Shown here: piece after piece, positions 13,430 through 25,360 of the stretch
Position numbering within the stretch: the stretch's first letter is position 1
How the letters are laid out: each line of letters starts with the position of its first letter
From: Octopus sinensis
Lineage: Eukaryota
DNA: 64,000 bases
Assembly (NCBI RefSeq): GCF_006345805.1
Contig: NC_043006.1
Coordinates: 26,536,001 to 26,600,000 of the forward strand
Direction: 5' to 3'
Program-made: the position numbers and the translations under genes
Notes under the pieces: model-generated
The model's input: the letters and a program-made list of their open reading frames with translations, nothing else
The model's database searches: none
Told to the model about the DNA's origin: nothing

Positions 13430-13958
13430 TCAAATCTGACTTTACTTGTGCTTCAGAAAACCTGATTTATATTATAAGATGCTCAGGCTTCCACCAAAAC
13501 TACATACATTCCACAGGATTATTGCTCAGACACAGATGCACTCTGCATCAACAGCAGATTGCATTCCCAGAATATAGAATGATACCCTTTAGTGAACATA
13601 TTGAGAAATGCGCAAAGCAACTGTTACCACAATTTGTAATCGTTCCATTCTATCATTGTGCCATTGGAACACTGACGCAAGTTAGATTAAATAAGGAAAC
13701 CTTCTTCATTGAAAACATACATACATATATATAATATAATATAATATAAGATATATTTAATCTAACTTGCGTCGGTGTTCCAATGGCACAATGATAGAAT
13801 GGAATGATTACAAATTGTGGTAACAGTTGCTTTGCGCATTTCTCAATATGTTCACTAAAGGGTATCATTCTATATTCTGGGAATGCAATCTGCTGTTGAT
13901 GCAGAGTGCATCTGTGTCTGAGCAATAATCCTGTGGAATGTATGTAGTTTTGGTGGAA
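13430..13958. repeat. PLE GIY-YIG fragment duplicated as a 205-bp inverted repeat
   Basis: Plus strand reads KSDFTCASENLIYIIRCSG..HQQQIAFPEYRMIPFSEHIEKC..RLNKETFFIE. Arms 13489-13693 and 13754-13958, 60-bp spacer, 2 mismatches by eye. Confidence 0.9.
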
Positions 13959-13965
13959 ATTAAAG

Positions 13966-14113
13966 AAAGGAAAATACGCACACTTACATAGTTTTAATAT
14001 AATTTTTAATATATCAACCGGTTTCGCTATCGCTATTAAAAAAAGGAAAATACGCACACTTACATAGTTTTAATATAATTTTTAATATATCAACCGGTTT
14101 TGCTATCGCTATT
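13966..14113. repeat. 76-bp direct tandem repeat (2 copies) in PLE terminal region
   Basis: AAAGGAAAATACGCACAC...CAACCGGTTTCGCTATCGCTATT at 13966-14037 and 14042-14113, one substitution. Confidence 0.85.
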
Positions 14114-14397
14114 CATGAATTTGAATATATATTTTTTCTTAAGAAGAAATTTTGTCCATGTGTGTGATGAAATTCATGAGTAAATGACTTCACAAGTAGA
14201 TAAATAAAGGGAGGTATTTGGTTGTCGTTATTATTGTTATTGTTGTGGGTAAGGGAGATAACTGTTCAGCTTTCGGTAATGGGAGGGGAATATATATGTT
14301 TACAGACAGAGACAAGATTCAAAAACCTTGTTTAGTGAGGGAATTTATGTACAGTGATGTAATCGTGAATTGAAATATGTAAAAAGATAAAAGTTGG

Positions 14398-14846
14398 TTA
14401 TGCGTACATATTAAGACGTGTTTTGTATTTTTCAATGAAAAAAGTTTCTTTATTTAAACCTTCTAGTTGAGAGATTGTGTCTTTGCACTGGTAGAAAGGA
14501 AGACTGTGAAAGTTTTTCTATATGTGCACTGAGAGGAATTTGTCTGTATTGCGGGAAATGGATTTGCTCTTTATGTAGAGTGGTTCTCTTTCTCAAGGTC
14601 ATACTCGTTTGTCCAATATAGTGGTGTCTGCAACCCGAGCAGGTTATTACATAAATTAGGTTCTCAGAGGCACAAGTGAAACTAGTTTTAATTGTGAACC
14701 TCTGTCCTTGTTTAAAAAGGAAATCCAAGCCTTCAAGCAGGTTGGGGCAGGTTCCACAGTTTGCACTAAAGAGACTACCAACAAATGCGAAGCTTTGCAA
14801 AACAACCAAGAAACCAACAGTTGAAAAATGTGGACGCCCAAACTGT
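14398..14846 (-). mobile_element. Penelope-like element 3' end (GIY-YIG) with a short inverted 5' piece
   Basis: NCGTCPNLLEG..TSFTCASENLIYVITCSGCRHHYIGQTSMTLRKRTTLHKEQI..RLNKETFFIEKYKTRLN. The upstream linker (..EKCGRPNC) lies on the plus strand at 14764-14846. Confidence 0.85.
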
Positions 14847-15184
14847 ATTTTTTCTGGAATTTTAATACGTCCTTTATATGTTTTATTATCCCAAATTTTT
14901 AGTTTACCAAATATTTTATGATTTTAAGCGTAAATTCACTGTATTTTGTATGCAACACTGATTCTTATATATTTATATATATCATATGATGTTTATTTAT
15001 TTATATATTATTATATTTTTAAACGTCGGACTTTATATCTGTTCTGTAGATATAAATGAATATATGTATGTATTTGATCTTTCTGTGTGGATTTTAGTAA
15101 TGTTCCTTTATAGTTACTGCTCGCATTGCCTCTGCTCAGATTAAGAAGTGTAATAATAATAATAATAAGGCCTGAAATTTTGTG

Positions 15185-15365
15185 GGAGGGGACTAGTCGA
15201 TTACATCAACCCCAATTCCTCTGTTGGTACTTATTTTATCAACCCTGAAAGGATGAAAGGCAAAGTCAACCATGATGGAATTTGAATTCAGAACGTAGTG
15301 ACAGGCGAAATACTGCTAAACATTTTGCCTGGCATGCTAATGATTCTACCAGTTCACCACCTTAA
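15185..15365 (-). mobile_element. tRNA-derived SINE, family 2, 5' part, degenerate
   Basis: Shares GAAAGGCAAAG.C.ACC...GGAATTTGAA.TCAGAA...CTAA.CAT...TGCTAA.GATT with 37300-37453. Confidence 0.6.
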
Positions 15366-15499
15366 TGATTATTATTATAAAATAAAGAAAAGAAAAGAAA
15401 AAATGAAATTTAAAACTTTTTTTAAAATTAATGAAATGAAAAACATACATGCATATATATATATATATATACATATGCAAAACATTAGGTAAGATTGTT

Positions 15500-18400
15500 T
15501 GCATATATCCCTTATGCCATTATACCCATCTTGACCAATGTCTCTCACTATAATGCTAAAGTTATCTAGGGAGCCTGCTGAAGGATTTATTATAGAAGTG
15601 CTTATGGTGTATTGCTAATTCCTACCTATGATTAATTAGGTTACTCTCTGATGTATTTGGAGTGACTCTTCTAGGCAGAGTTCACATCTACTACTTCTTA
15701 TTTCATATGGTTTTGCTTGACTTAAGATTAACCGTTTTAACCCATATTTTGTTGGGTTTTTTTCATCCCTGAGTTGCCATATTAGCTTACTAAGTGATAT
15801 TGTGTTTTCCTTATTTTTGTGTTTGAATGATGTGGTGTGGTTATAATAGAGCTCAAATGTCGTTGATCAACATCCTACGTAATAGTTTTATTATGGGTTA
15901 CTACTGCACATTCGTTGACTGTTCTTTTCCAGACATGATTTATTTAAAGGACATTCTCTATCTCCCCTACTGTTACAACTGGCCCTGTCTTTCCAATTAC
16001 TACTACCTGTGTGGTTATTATCCCTATTATTATTATTATCGTTATTGTTGTTGTCATTTCTATTTATATTACCCTCTCCATTGGTTTTACCATTGATATT
16101 AATGTTTACTACCTTTCTGTTATTTTCCATGCATGCATTTCCTGTATTATTTGCACTATCTCTATTACACTCTCCATTGGTTTTACCATTGATATTAATG
16201 TTTACTACCTTTCTGTTATTTTCCATGCATGCATTTCCTGTATTATTTGCACTATCTCCACCTCCATTCTCACAATGTTTACCCTCACCCTTCCCATTGC
16301 TAGCTCTGATTCACTCGCTACCGCTGTTACTATCAGCAGCTTAACTAAAACATTTTTCACTACCACTATTATTCCTAATTTAGTTGTAGGTACTCCTATT
16401 ATTAATATTATTTATACATTCCCTCTGAAGCTTGTTTTTACATATTTTAGTCTGGTCTAGGTCTGATGGGTCTATTGTTTCTAATTCCCTTAATCTCCAG
16501 TTCTCATGGAACACTTATCTGTGTTAGGTTCCTTGTGGTGGAGTAATAAATATCATGGTGTGCCTCCCATATCTGCTCGACAGAGGGAAATGTTTGTCAT
16601 GGGCTGGGACTGCAAAAAATTTTCTTGGAATGTTAGTGGTGATTTGGACCTCAAATGGAGCATTGAACCAGATAGTTTTCATAGATTTCTCTTTCTTTTT
16701 TATATAGTTGGAATCTATAGTTTGATTTTTCCTCCCTGTATCTTACCATTTGTTTATTCTCATCTTTGTTATCATTATAACTATTTTCAATTCCGTCAAG
16801 GTCCTTATCTCTGCTATCTGATTCAAATAGCTCCATATTCCTATTATATCTGTCATTTATGTGTTTGTCTTCAGGTGGATCTAAGATCTTAGCCATCGGA
16901 TTATCCTTGCTGTTCCATTAACATATGCAATTTGCAATTCATGGGGAACATCCCACTCTATGGTGGCCCTACCATAAGATGAACTTTTGTCTTTAATTTC
17001 TTATTGCATTTATTCCCCCTTTATTTTGAAATCCCACCATTACCTCTCCGGTTTGAACTTAAGTTTTGTAAGAGATGTGATGTCATTACTCGTACATGAA
17101 TTGCGACAAGGTATATATTTGATTTTTCTGCCATAAGTGGCCTCCATTAATGACATTTTGTAGTACCCCTGTGACTTTTAATAATGTCCCCATTTGCCAA
17201 TACCCTAGACATGGCAGACTCCCCCATGTGGATAGCGTTTATGATAATTTATGGATGATTAACTCCTCAACTTACTAACCTTAAGCTTTCATTTTGCTTA
17301 GGAAAAGGGTGATGTAATCCAGTGCTGACGTCAAGTGTGGTCTCCAGAAAATTAACTCTACTATACTCAGTTTCTGTTGATATCTTATATCCTAAATGTT
17401 TAAAGAATTTTATGAGTGTCTTCCTATACATCTCTAGTATGCATATGTTACAATTTTGTACAATCTGCCCCTAGTTTTAGAAATTCCACTCCTTTGCATT
17501 TTAAAATGTAAATGCTTTCTAGATCTGCTGCTTGAGCTGAGTCTCTCAAACTCATGGTTATATCAAAGTTATTAGGTGTCTTTCCTCATCCAGAGATTTT
17601 CTTCATATTCTATAATCATGTTTCTAACTTCTCTTATAATATCTATTTTCTTCCTTTGCAAAGAGTTCTTTCTAGCAAAGATTAGTGCTTTGTTTAGCAG
17701 TATGGGATTGATGAAGTGTAATAATTGGATAATGTTTATTTGTATGAATTTTGTTTTCTCCCTGCCCCTAACGTTCCTAAACCAGTATACTACTTCAAAT
17801 GAATTAGACCATAAATCCAGCTTGATCCTGTTTCTAAGAGTGGGTATGTATCTGTCAATTATCTGTTTACTTAGTCTTTCTAAGTCTGAGTTTGGATGGG
17901 TATATAAGCCTGACTGTGGGTTTGGTAGTAAAGTTAAGTTTGTGTCCTTTTAAAGTAATCCTTGGTGGGGGCTAATTCAGTTTTGCACCTCTCCTTGAAA
18001 AATGCATTTTTTTAAAAAGTTTTTTGCAAATTCCTATGTTTTAGATGTTGGAGATTATGAATATGCAAAAAAAAAACTTTTCTTAAACAACCACCCACCC
18101 CACCACCACCACTCCCATTTAAAATTTTGAACTTTTTCGAAATTTTTTTCCCCTATGATGGAGATTCGGGATATGCAAGAAACTGCATTATTTGAAATGC
18201 AAAACTGCATTAGTCCCTGCCCCCTTGGTGTGTTAGGTTTGTACAGCTCTGTTCTATCATCTATACTGAGTTCATACATTATCCATTTTACTTGCCTTAT
18301 TAATATTAAGTAAGGTAAAAAGCACCATCCGTTCGTGGCCATTGCCAGCGCCGCCCCGACTGGCCTCCGTGCCGGTGGCATGTAAAAGCACCATCCGTTC

Positions 18401-19150
18401 GTGTCCGTTGCCAGCCTCGCCTGGCCCCCGTGCCGGTGGCATGTAAAAGCACCATCCGTTCGTGGCCATTTGCCAGCTCCGTCTGGCTCCTGTGCGGGTG
18501 GCACGTAAAAAGCACCCACTACACTCATGGAGTGGTTGGCGTTAGGAAGGGCATCCAGTTGTAGAAACACTGCCAGATCTGACTGGGCCTGATGAAGCCT
18601 TCTGGCTTCACAGACCCCAGTTGAACCGTCCAACCCATGCTAGCATGGAAAACGGATGCTAAATGATGATGATGATGTATGTTCCATTATAATCCTATCA
18701 TCCTTTAAAATCTCCTTTCTGATTAAGCTGTTGTAATCCTTATAATCCATGTGGTAGACATTCCTTGTTTTATCTGAATGTTCTCCAGGTTTGCTTTTAC
18801 TTTCTTTAGTTATTTAGTGTAATTTCCTGAGGTGTAGGTTCTGTCTTAGTTAGTGTTTGTGGAACTTGATGTCCCTAACTATGTTCTACAGCTCTTCCTA
18901 AAATTTAGCCATGCAAGGGTTGAAAGGTGGGTTACCTCTGCTTCTAAATTCACTTTTCCAGTCTACTTTTGTTTTAGTGTTAATATCACTCCAGTTTGCT
19001 CTCCACCTCATTCTTCTTATAATCGCATTGTTTTTTTGTTTTTGTTTTTTGTTCAGGGACTTTAGTAGCTCCTTCTTAGGTGGTAGAGGTATGTCTTAGA
19101 GTGATATGTCTATATGTAAATTTTCCATTCTATTAAAATAGTTGTTTGTG
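15500..19150 (-). mobile_element. Near full-length decayed Penelope-like element (Naiad-type by motif), interrupted at about 17960-18680
   Basis: In order on the minus strand: N-terminus ..IPLPPKKELL..IRRMRWRA, SDKTRNVYHMD; RT LERLSKQIIDRY..WSNSFEVVYWF..LLNKALIFA, NFDITMS..DSAQAADL, VNFLETTLDVS; Asn-rich linker; CNSRGDRECPLNKSC; YYVGC; LSKLIWQL; RCELCLEE. Many stops and frameshifts. Confidence 0.82.
18315..18677 (+). mobile_element. RTE LINE 3' end inserted in the PLE
   Basis: 3' UTR repeat units, GGAGTGGTTGGCGTTAGGAAGGGCATCCAG and (ATG)n tail. Confidence 0.85.
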
Positions 19151-19532
19151 AGGGATTATCAGTCTGGGCAAAATACTTCATAAGCTCTCTCTTAGGACAC
19201 TAGAATAACAATATTGTTTAGATTAGTAAAGAACTCTGTGTATTCTAATGGCAGGGTGAGAGCTTATAGTACGTCACTGTTCCCCCCATGCTTGTACCGT
19301 CTCTGCAGTTTTCTGCTTTGTTATGACCAGAAATGGCTCTGTTGAAAGTAGCACTAATTTTTTTTAGATCGTTCGATTTTTCTCAACTGATCAATAGATT
19401 GATTGAGTAAACAAACCTGTCAGTAACAGGTATATAATGACTACTGGTAACAGCTGTAAGCCAAATTTGCTGCAATAAAGAAAAAATATGTAATGACCAT
19501 TATACATTGTGTTGTACATACATACATACATA

Positions 19533-19914
19533 TTCTTTTACTCATTTCAGTCATTTGACTGTGGCCATACTGGACCACCACTTTGAAGAGTTTTAGTTGA
19601 ACAAATTGACCCAGGGCTTTTTCTTAGGCCTAAAACTTATTTCATTAGTCTCTTTTGTTATACCACTAAGTTACAGGGACATAAACACACCCACACTGGT
19701 TGTCAAGTGGTGATGAGGGACAAAGACACACAGATATATATATATATATGTAATGGGCTTCTTTTCAGTTTCTGTCTTCCAAATCCACTCACAAGAATTT
19801 GGTCAGCCCAAGGCTATAGTAGCAGACACTTGCCCATAGTGACACGCAGTGGAACAAAACCCAAAGCCATGTGGTTGGGAAGCAAGCTTCTTTCCACACA
19901 GCCACTTCTGTGCC
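19533..19914 (-). mobile_element. SINE family 1 copy, diverged
   Basis: Reverse complement aligns by eye with 2248-2637 along its length. Confidence 0.75.
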
Positions 19915-20539
19915 TATACATACATACATGCACACATATATATGGATTTATGTATATCCATATACATGTATGTCTGGATGTGTATATGTGCGTATATCTA
20001 CCTGCATGGACATATTTATGTATAGCTTTATGTAGCAAAACTCTGCCTCAGTTTGAACTTGAAACAACTGTTTCTTTTCCATTTAGAATGCTTATCATAT
20101 TGTAGAATGCTGATTCTCATTCTCTGGATTCAAGTTGTCTGTCTTCTTTCAAGTCATTTTCCCTATTTTCAGCAGTGTAAGCAAGGGTATGAAGCAAGTC
20201 TTTGTAAACTGGATTTTGTCCCTATGGTTTTAGGCTACATACTTTTTATTTATTGAGTCAACAGTTTAAGTTGGAAACAGGGCTGCATAATTTGTTTCTA
20301 GAAAGAGTTTACACTATTTTAGCATATGAATAAGTAAATTTTTTTAAGAGGTAGCCCCATATTACAAATTCACGTTTGAAAGATATAATTTAAGAACAAT
20401 AAAACCTATATCAAAGAAACATAAATAAGCCAAAAAGATGTAGCCACAGGAAAATATGGTATAATCCTTTATATAGTATGAATGTGACCACAAATGTAAA
20501 CTTGATGATTTCTGAAACTTATAGATACCCACTACTCAC

Positions 20540-20990
20540 GCTTGCAAAAATATCAAAAGATCTTTGATAGAAACATTGTTAAAGTTAGCTATAGTAGCCT
20601 CTCCAACATAAGATCTACAATCTTCAATCACAATAAGACTAACAATATGAGGAACATCTTTATAAATCTTGTAATTGTAAATCCCTCAACAACTTCCTTT
20701 GAACAATATGTGTTGGGAAAAAGAACTGTACAAGGCTAACATTACTGACATGAATGGTACCATGAAACTTACATAGGAATGACTAGAAATATCTTTAATG
20801 AATGAAAGACACAACTTGACTTTGTTTAAGGATAAGAACAAATGACATGCAATATCTTTACTCAATAAGATATGAAATCTTAAAGACAGGGGTTGGACAA
20901 TCCCTGTATAAACTGGAGTATCAGAGCTAAGGCTAGCAAATATAAGGGATGAGGCAGCTAATGCAACTTCTGTATCACAGAGAAATTAAA
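20540..20990 (+). mobile_element. Penelope-like element GIY-YIG remnant
   Basis: KIFDRNIVKVSYSSLSNI..HNK, SCNCK.., YIGM.., with stops and frameshifts. Confidence 0.65.
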
Positions 20991-22194
20991 CATCATGACA
21001 TTAACAGATAAGTTTTGGATATTACTTATATGTGCAATATTCATAATAGACATATACTCCCAGGAATTCGTACTGGAATTCTAAATGGCACACATATGTA
21101 CAGCACATGCATAACATATATTGCAGGCATCACATGATTTACAAAACATGTGTTAATAAACTTACAACTTTATAGACTAATTTATATTTCTAACCTGTGA
21201 AAGCCCCATAAATGATAAGATACACATGCACATACATCCATAAAATGCATGCTGGATACCTTAGTATAAATTCATATATATTTATATATAAGAGTATGCA
21301 CAAACATTTTCACATAATGTAAATCTGTGTTGAATACAAATTTTTGCAAAAACCCAGGGCCAACATAAGGGAAATAACAATTATGAAATAACATTTAAAA
21401 AGTCGCATCTCAACTGTGTATTCATTTTGAAGTCCTACATAGTATCATGTAGCCTTGTGTATTCTTATCTAAAATGGAAGCAATTACCAGTCTCTTTTAG
21501 TGGAGCACTTGAAAATTGCGTAAATTCTTTTATCATAAAATCATTGATAGCATTGTTAGTCTACAAATAAAGAATCTTTATCCATCAAATGTGGTGTGGA
21601 GCACTCATTCTCACTGTTCAGTACTGTCATGTGTATTAATGCTTGTTTTTATATCAAATTATATATAAAATTATTTAATATTAAACTAAAGGATCACTCA
21701 GTGAGTGCGTGTTTATTAAACTTTTATGAGGAAAAGGTTGGCAGTAACTTTGAAGTTTTAGCTTGCTCACTTTCATCAAAATTTACTATACTTGGGTTCT
21801 TTTTGACTTTAGATAATCTTTTGTAAGTTGGTTTTTTTTTATGGAATAGGTTCATGATAATTGGTGTGATGTAAGTAGGTCTGGGAAGATGTGTAGTGAA
21901 CAGGATAGAGGAAGATAAGCAAAGTATGTATTTGTAGGGTGTGAATTAATTGAAAGTTATTGTGAGAAGATTTTGATGAAATCGTTATTACTTAGAGTTC
22001 AGTCAAGTGTGTAAGTAACATGTGTAAACAGGTGTTCCAGTTCAGGTCCTGACTTTTTTTTAATATAGAAAGTTGACAATATATGCTTTTCATTTCTGAA
22101 GTTACAAACATTTACTTACCAGTTACTGAACCTATTTCAGTTATACATTGGCTATGTGTTCACTTGACTGAGTCACCAACATTGAAGTCCTAAA

Positions 22195-22620
22195 CCATGC
22201 CAAGACACCCAGCATATTCACCCTGCTCCAACAGTGCCATCTGTGCTGGTTTGCTCTCATACATCATAAGTTGGATAGAAGGATCCCAAAAGACCTTCTG
22301 TATGGGAAATTGGCAACCAGTATAAGAGCATGAGGATGACCTCAACTCCATTTCAAGGACATCTGCAAGAAAGACACAAGTCAACAGATCTAGATATCCT
22401 GAGATGGGAGAAAGTTCCAAATGATTGCCCATCCTGGAGACATATTACACAAGGAGACAGAGCAAAGGGAAGAGAAACTGGAACTTGCCACTAAAGAAAA
22501 GCTTGCTTAAAGAAAGGAAAAATCAGTAGCACTGGTGGAGAACTTCCTTGAATGCAGTTGCTGCATGTGAGACTGCAACTCCTGTTTGCCTGTATAGCCA
22601 CAACAGATGCTGCACCACAA
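22195..22620 (+). mobile_element. RTE (BovB-like) LINE 3' remnant
   Basis: PSIFTLLQQCHLCW..RRIPKDLLYGKLA..PQLHFKDICKKD, the typical RTE ORF C-terminus. Confidence 0.65.
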
Positions 22621-23405
22621 TCATCAGCTGACACAAAATTCTCCAGCTGCAGGTCCTTGGTCTTTTGAAACCAACAGATCCCTATCTATGTTCACTTACA
22701 TGATTTCTAGACCCCATTCAGAATGAAACCTTATTGCATACAAACATTTATAATCTTTACTTGTTGGCTGGCATTGCCTTGCATGAGGGATATTGCCAGC
22801 GAAATTGTCTAAGAGATTAGTCTGGGTTTTGCTGTTCTTTTAAATTTTTTAACAAATTGTTGCAAAATATGTTTTCTAATACTTCATTAAATTTCTCATT
22901 TTTTAGTGATGAATATGTTTTGTTCTTCTTTTCCTTCACCCTATGACATTTGTCCTTAATTTATTCTATATATCTCACTCGCATTCTGATATTACACATT
23001 TGAATTTTTTTCACTCTTGGTATCTCATTTTATCCCACCAAATCTTTCACATTGTATCAGTAGCTTTACAAAATAGTCTTCTGTTGTTGATTTGTTCCTT
23101 AAATAAATTAGGGCATCCTTCTTTTCATCCAATTATGAAACCACTTCTTCAGTACAAAATATAAAGTTATTTGTGCTTTAGTTTTTGTTTATTATCAATA
23201 TATCCAGAGTAATTTTCTCATTTAATAAAATTATCTTAGGAATTAATATATATTTTACCAAGTATTCTCGACACTGTTGCGTACATCGTATCTTTGAGAA
23301 TTATATTTTTAACTAATCTGCTGGCAAAACTTTTTTTTCCCAAAAAATTATCGATCAATCTTGTGTTTCAATAACTAATTCAAAAAGTTCATTTCTGTAT
23401 CCTAG

Positions 23406-23540
23406 TGGTTTCCTGAAGTTCGAGAACACTGTCCAAGTCAACCCATTATGCTCGTTGGATGTAAAACAGACTTACGATCAGACCTGCAGTGTATATCAGC
23501 CTTGGCAAAGAAAAAGCAAATCATGGTTTCTTATGATCAA
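23406..23540 (+). CDS. RND: Rnd/RhoE-like GTPase, coding exon 4 (G4 motif, Rho insert)
   Basis: CCTAG acceptor. Encodes WFPEVREHCPSQPIMLVGCKTDLRSDLQCISALAKKKQIMVSYDQ. GTAAG donor at 23541. Not in the ORF track because it has no start codon. Confidence 0.93.
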
Positions 23541-23602
23541 GTAAGGAAATAATTTTCAGACAATTCTCTCAGCAATTCCAACTTGGCATTTTAAAGTATT
23601 AA

Positions 23603-23809
23603 CCCTTTAGCATTTAAACTGGCCATATCCGGCCAAAAGTATTCTGCCTGTTTTATGGTCAAACTGGCCAGATCAACCCTACATTATCGTTTTAAAAATT
23701 AACAGCTACCTCATCAAAATCTCATAGCTGCAAGATAATGCATGATTAATTCAAAACAATGTGAATGAAGAAGCATTGATTTTGGCAGAATAATGCGAAC
23801 ACTAAAGGG
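23603..23809. mobile_element. piggyBac-type MITE
   Basis: TTAA at 23599-23602 and 23810-23813 flanking CCCTTTAG...CTAAAGGG termini. Lies 62 bp downstream of the exon 4 donor. Confidence 0.85.
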
Positions 23810-24021
23810 TTAAGTTCTTTCAATAGCACATTCATTCACAAATTTGAAATTATGTACAATAAACACAAATGTTCTACTTTTCATAATACCTTGCATTATG
23901 CATATTTCAGCCTACCTTTGTCGCTTCCTTCTTTAATTCACTCTCTATCTGTCTGCTTATAGATATATATTTACATGCATATATATACATACATGCACAC
24001 ATATATATAAATACGTGCACA

Positions 24022-24860
24022 CATCATCATCATCATTCATTGTCCCTGTGGACATGGGTTGGACGGTTTGACTGGGCTGGCACGCTGCTGCACCAGGCTC
24101 CAGTCTGATTTGGCATGGTTTTCTATGGCTGGAAGCCCTTCCTAATGCCAACCAATCCAAGTGTAATGGGTACTTTTATGTACCACCAGCATGGGTGCCA
24201 TTTGTGTGACATCGGGATGCTTTTACATGCCACCAGCACAAGTGCCATTTGCATGACACTCATATCTGCCACGACTGCAATTTTGCTCGGCTTGATGGGT
24301 CTTCTTCTCAAGCATGACATAATGCCAAAGATCTTGGCCATTGCCCCCATGAGGCCCAACACTCGAAAGGAACTTAGCCACTTTGCCTCCATGTGGCCCA
24401 ACATTCAAATGATGCTCTTTACTTGCCAACGGGTGCCAGTTACCACAACTATGATTTCACTTGGTTTGATGGGTCCTCTCAAGCACAGTACATTGCCAAA
24501 GGTCTCAGTCACTAGTCATTGCCTCTGTGAGGCTCAAAGTTCAAAGATCATGCTTCACCACCTTGTCCCATATCTTCCTGGGTCTACCCTCTATCACAGG
24601 TTTCTTCCACAGTTGCCACTTTACACAGCTGTCCTCATCCATACACATCACATGGCCATACCAGTGCAGTCATCTCTCTTGCACACAGACATCAAACAAT
24701 CTGCATTTCACTCTGAGAGAGAGGCTTTTTGTTGCCAGCAGAAGTAGGAGCTCTCTGAACTTTGCCAAGCCTAATCTTATTCCTCACAGCTACGCTCTTG
24801 GAGTATCCACCTCCACTACTAACTTGGACACCTAGATAATGGAAGCTATCTACGACCTCA
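24022..24860 (-). mobile_element. RTE LINE 3' fragment, diverged
   Basis: EVVDSFHYLGVQVSSGGGY..RLGKVQRAPTS homologous to 48120-48260, followed by an RTE-like 3' UTR and (ATG)n tail. Confidence 0.75.
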
Positions 24861-25360
24861 TTTGTTACATTTGACTCAAGCCAAAAATCTTGATCCTGTG
24901 CACTGCTTCTTAGTGTAAGACAATATATATATGAAATAAGCAGAGTTGATTTTGCTGGTATCATCACATATATCCAATGGTTTCTAGCTGTTGCAACAAC
25001 ATATAAATAAATCAATTAAGAAGTTGACGAAACCAATGACTATCCTATGCTAATCCTCTCTTTGTTGAATGTCATCCCTTTGGAATTCATTTTCCACCTA
25101 TATTTTCCCTACTTAAAAATATCCAAATTGAACATCAATCTTATCAATTTCACTAGTCTAAGAGAATTTGGTATTTTTCTTTCTTCCTGACTAATCATCA
25201 TCATCATCATAATACATATAAAAAATATTTTCGAAATGTTATATTTATATATGCTATGAATATATGTTAATATATAGTTTTTACTAGTAGACCTAAACAC
25301 TACATACATATTTATGTATTCATCTTCAAAAGAATTAAATAATGATGCTCTTTTTTATAG

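Noticed and set aside
15867-15869. In-frame TGA in the GIY-YIG motif (YVGC*ST) as possible selenocysteine, as reported for some Naiad PLEs
   Set aside because: This copy has many other stops and frameshifts, the other PLE copies have no TGA at this position, and I recognised no SECIS. It would need a family consensus to revive.
24115-24747. 210-aa ORF and similar ORFs at 18055-18633, 46618-46956, 48833-49168, 52344-52853
   Set aside because: Antisense or off-frame readings of RTE 3' ends; they recur only because the repeat recurs.
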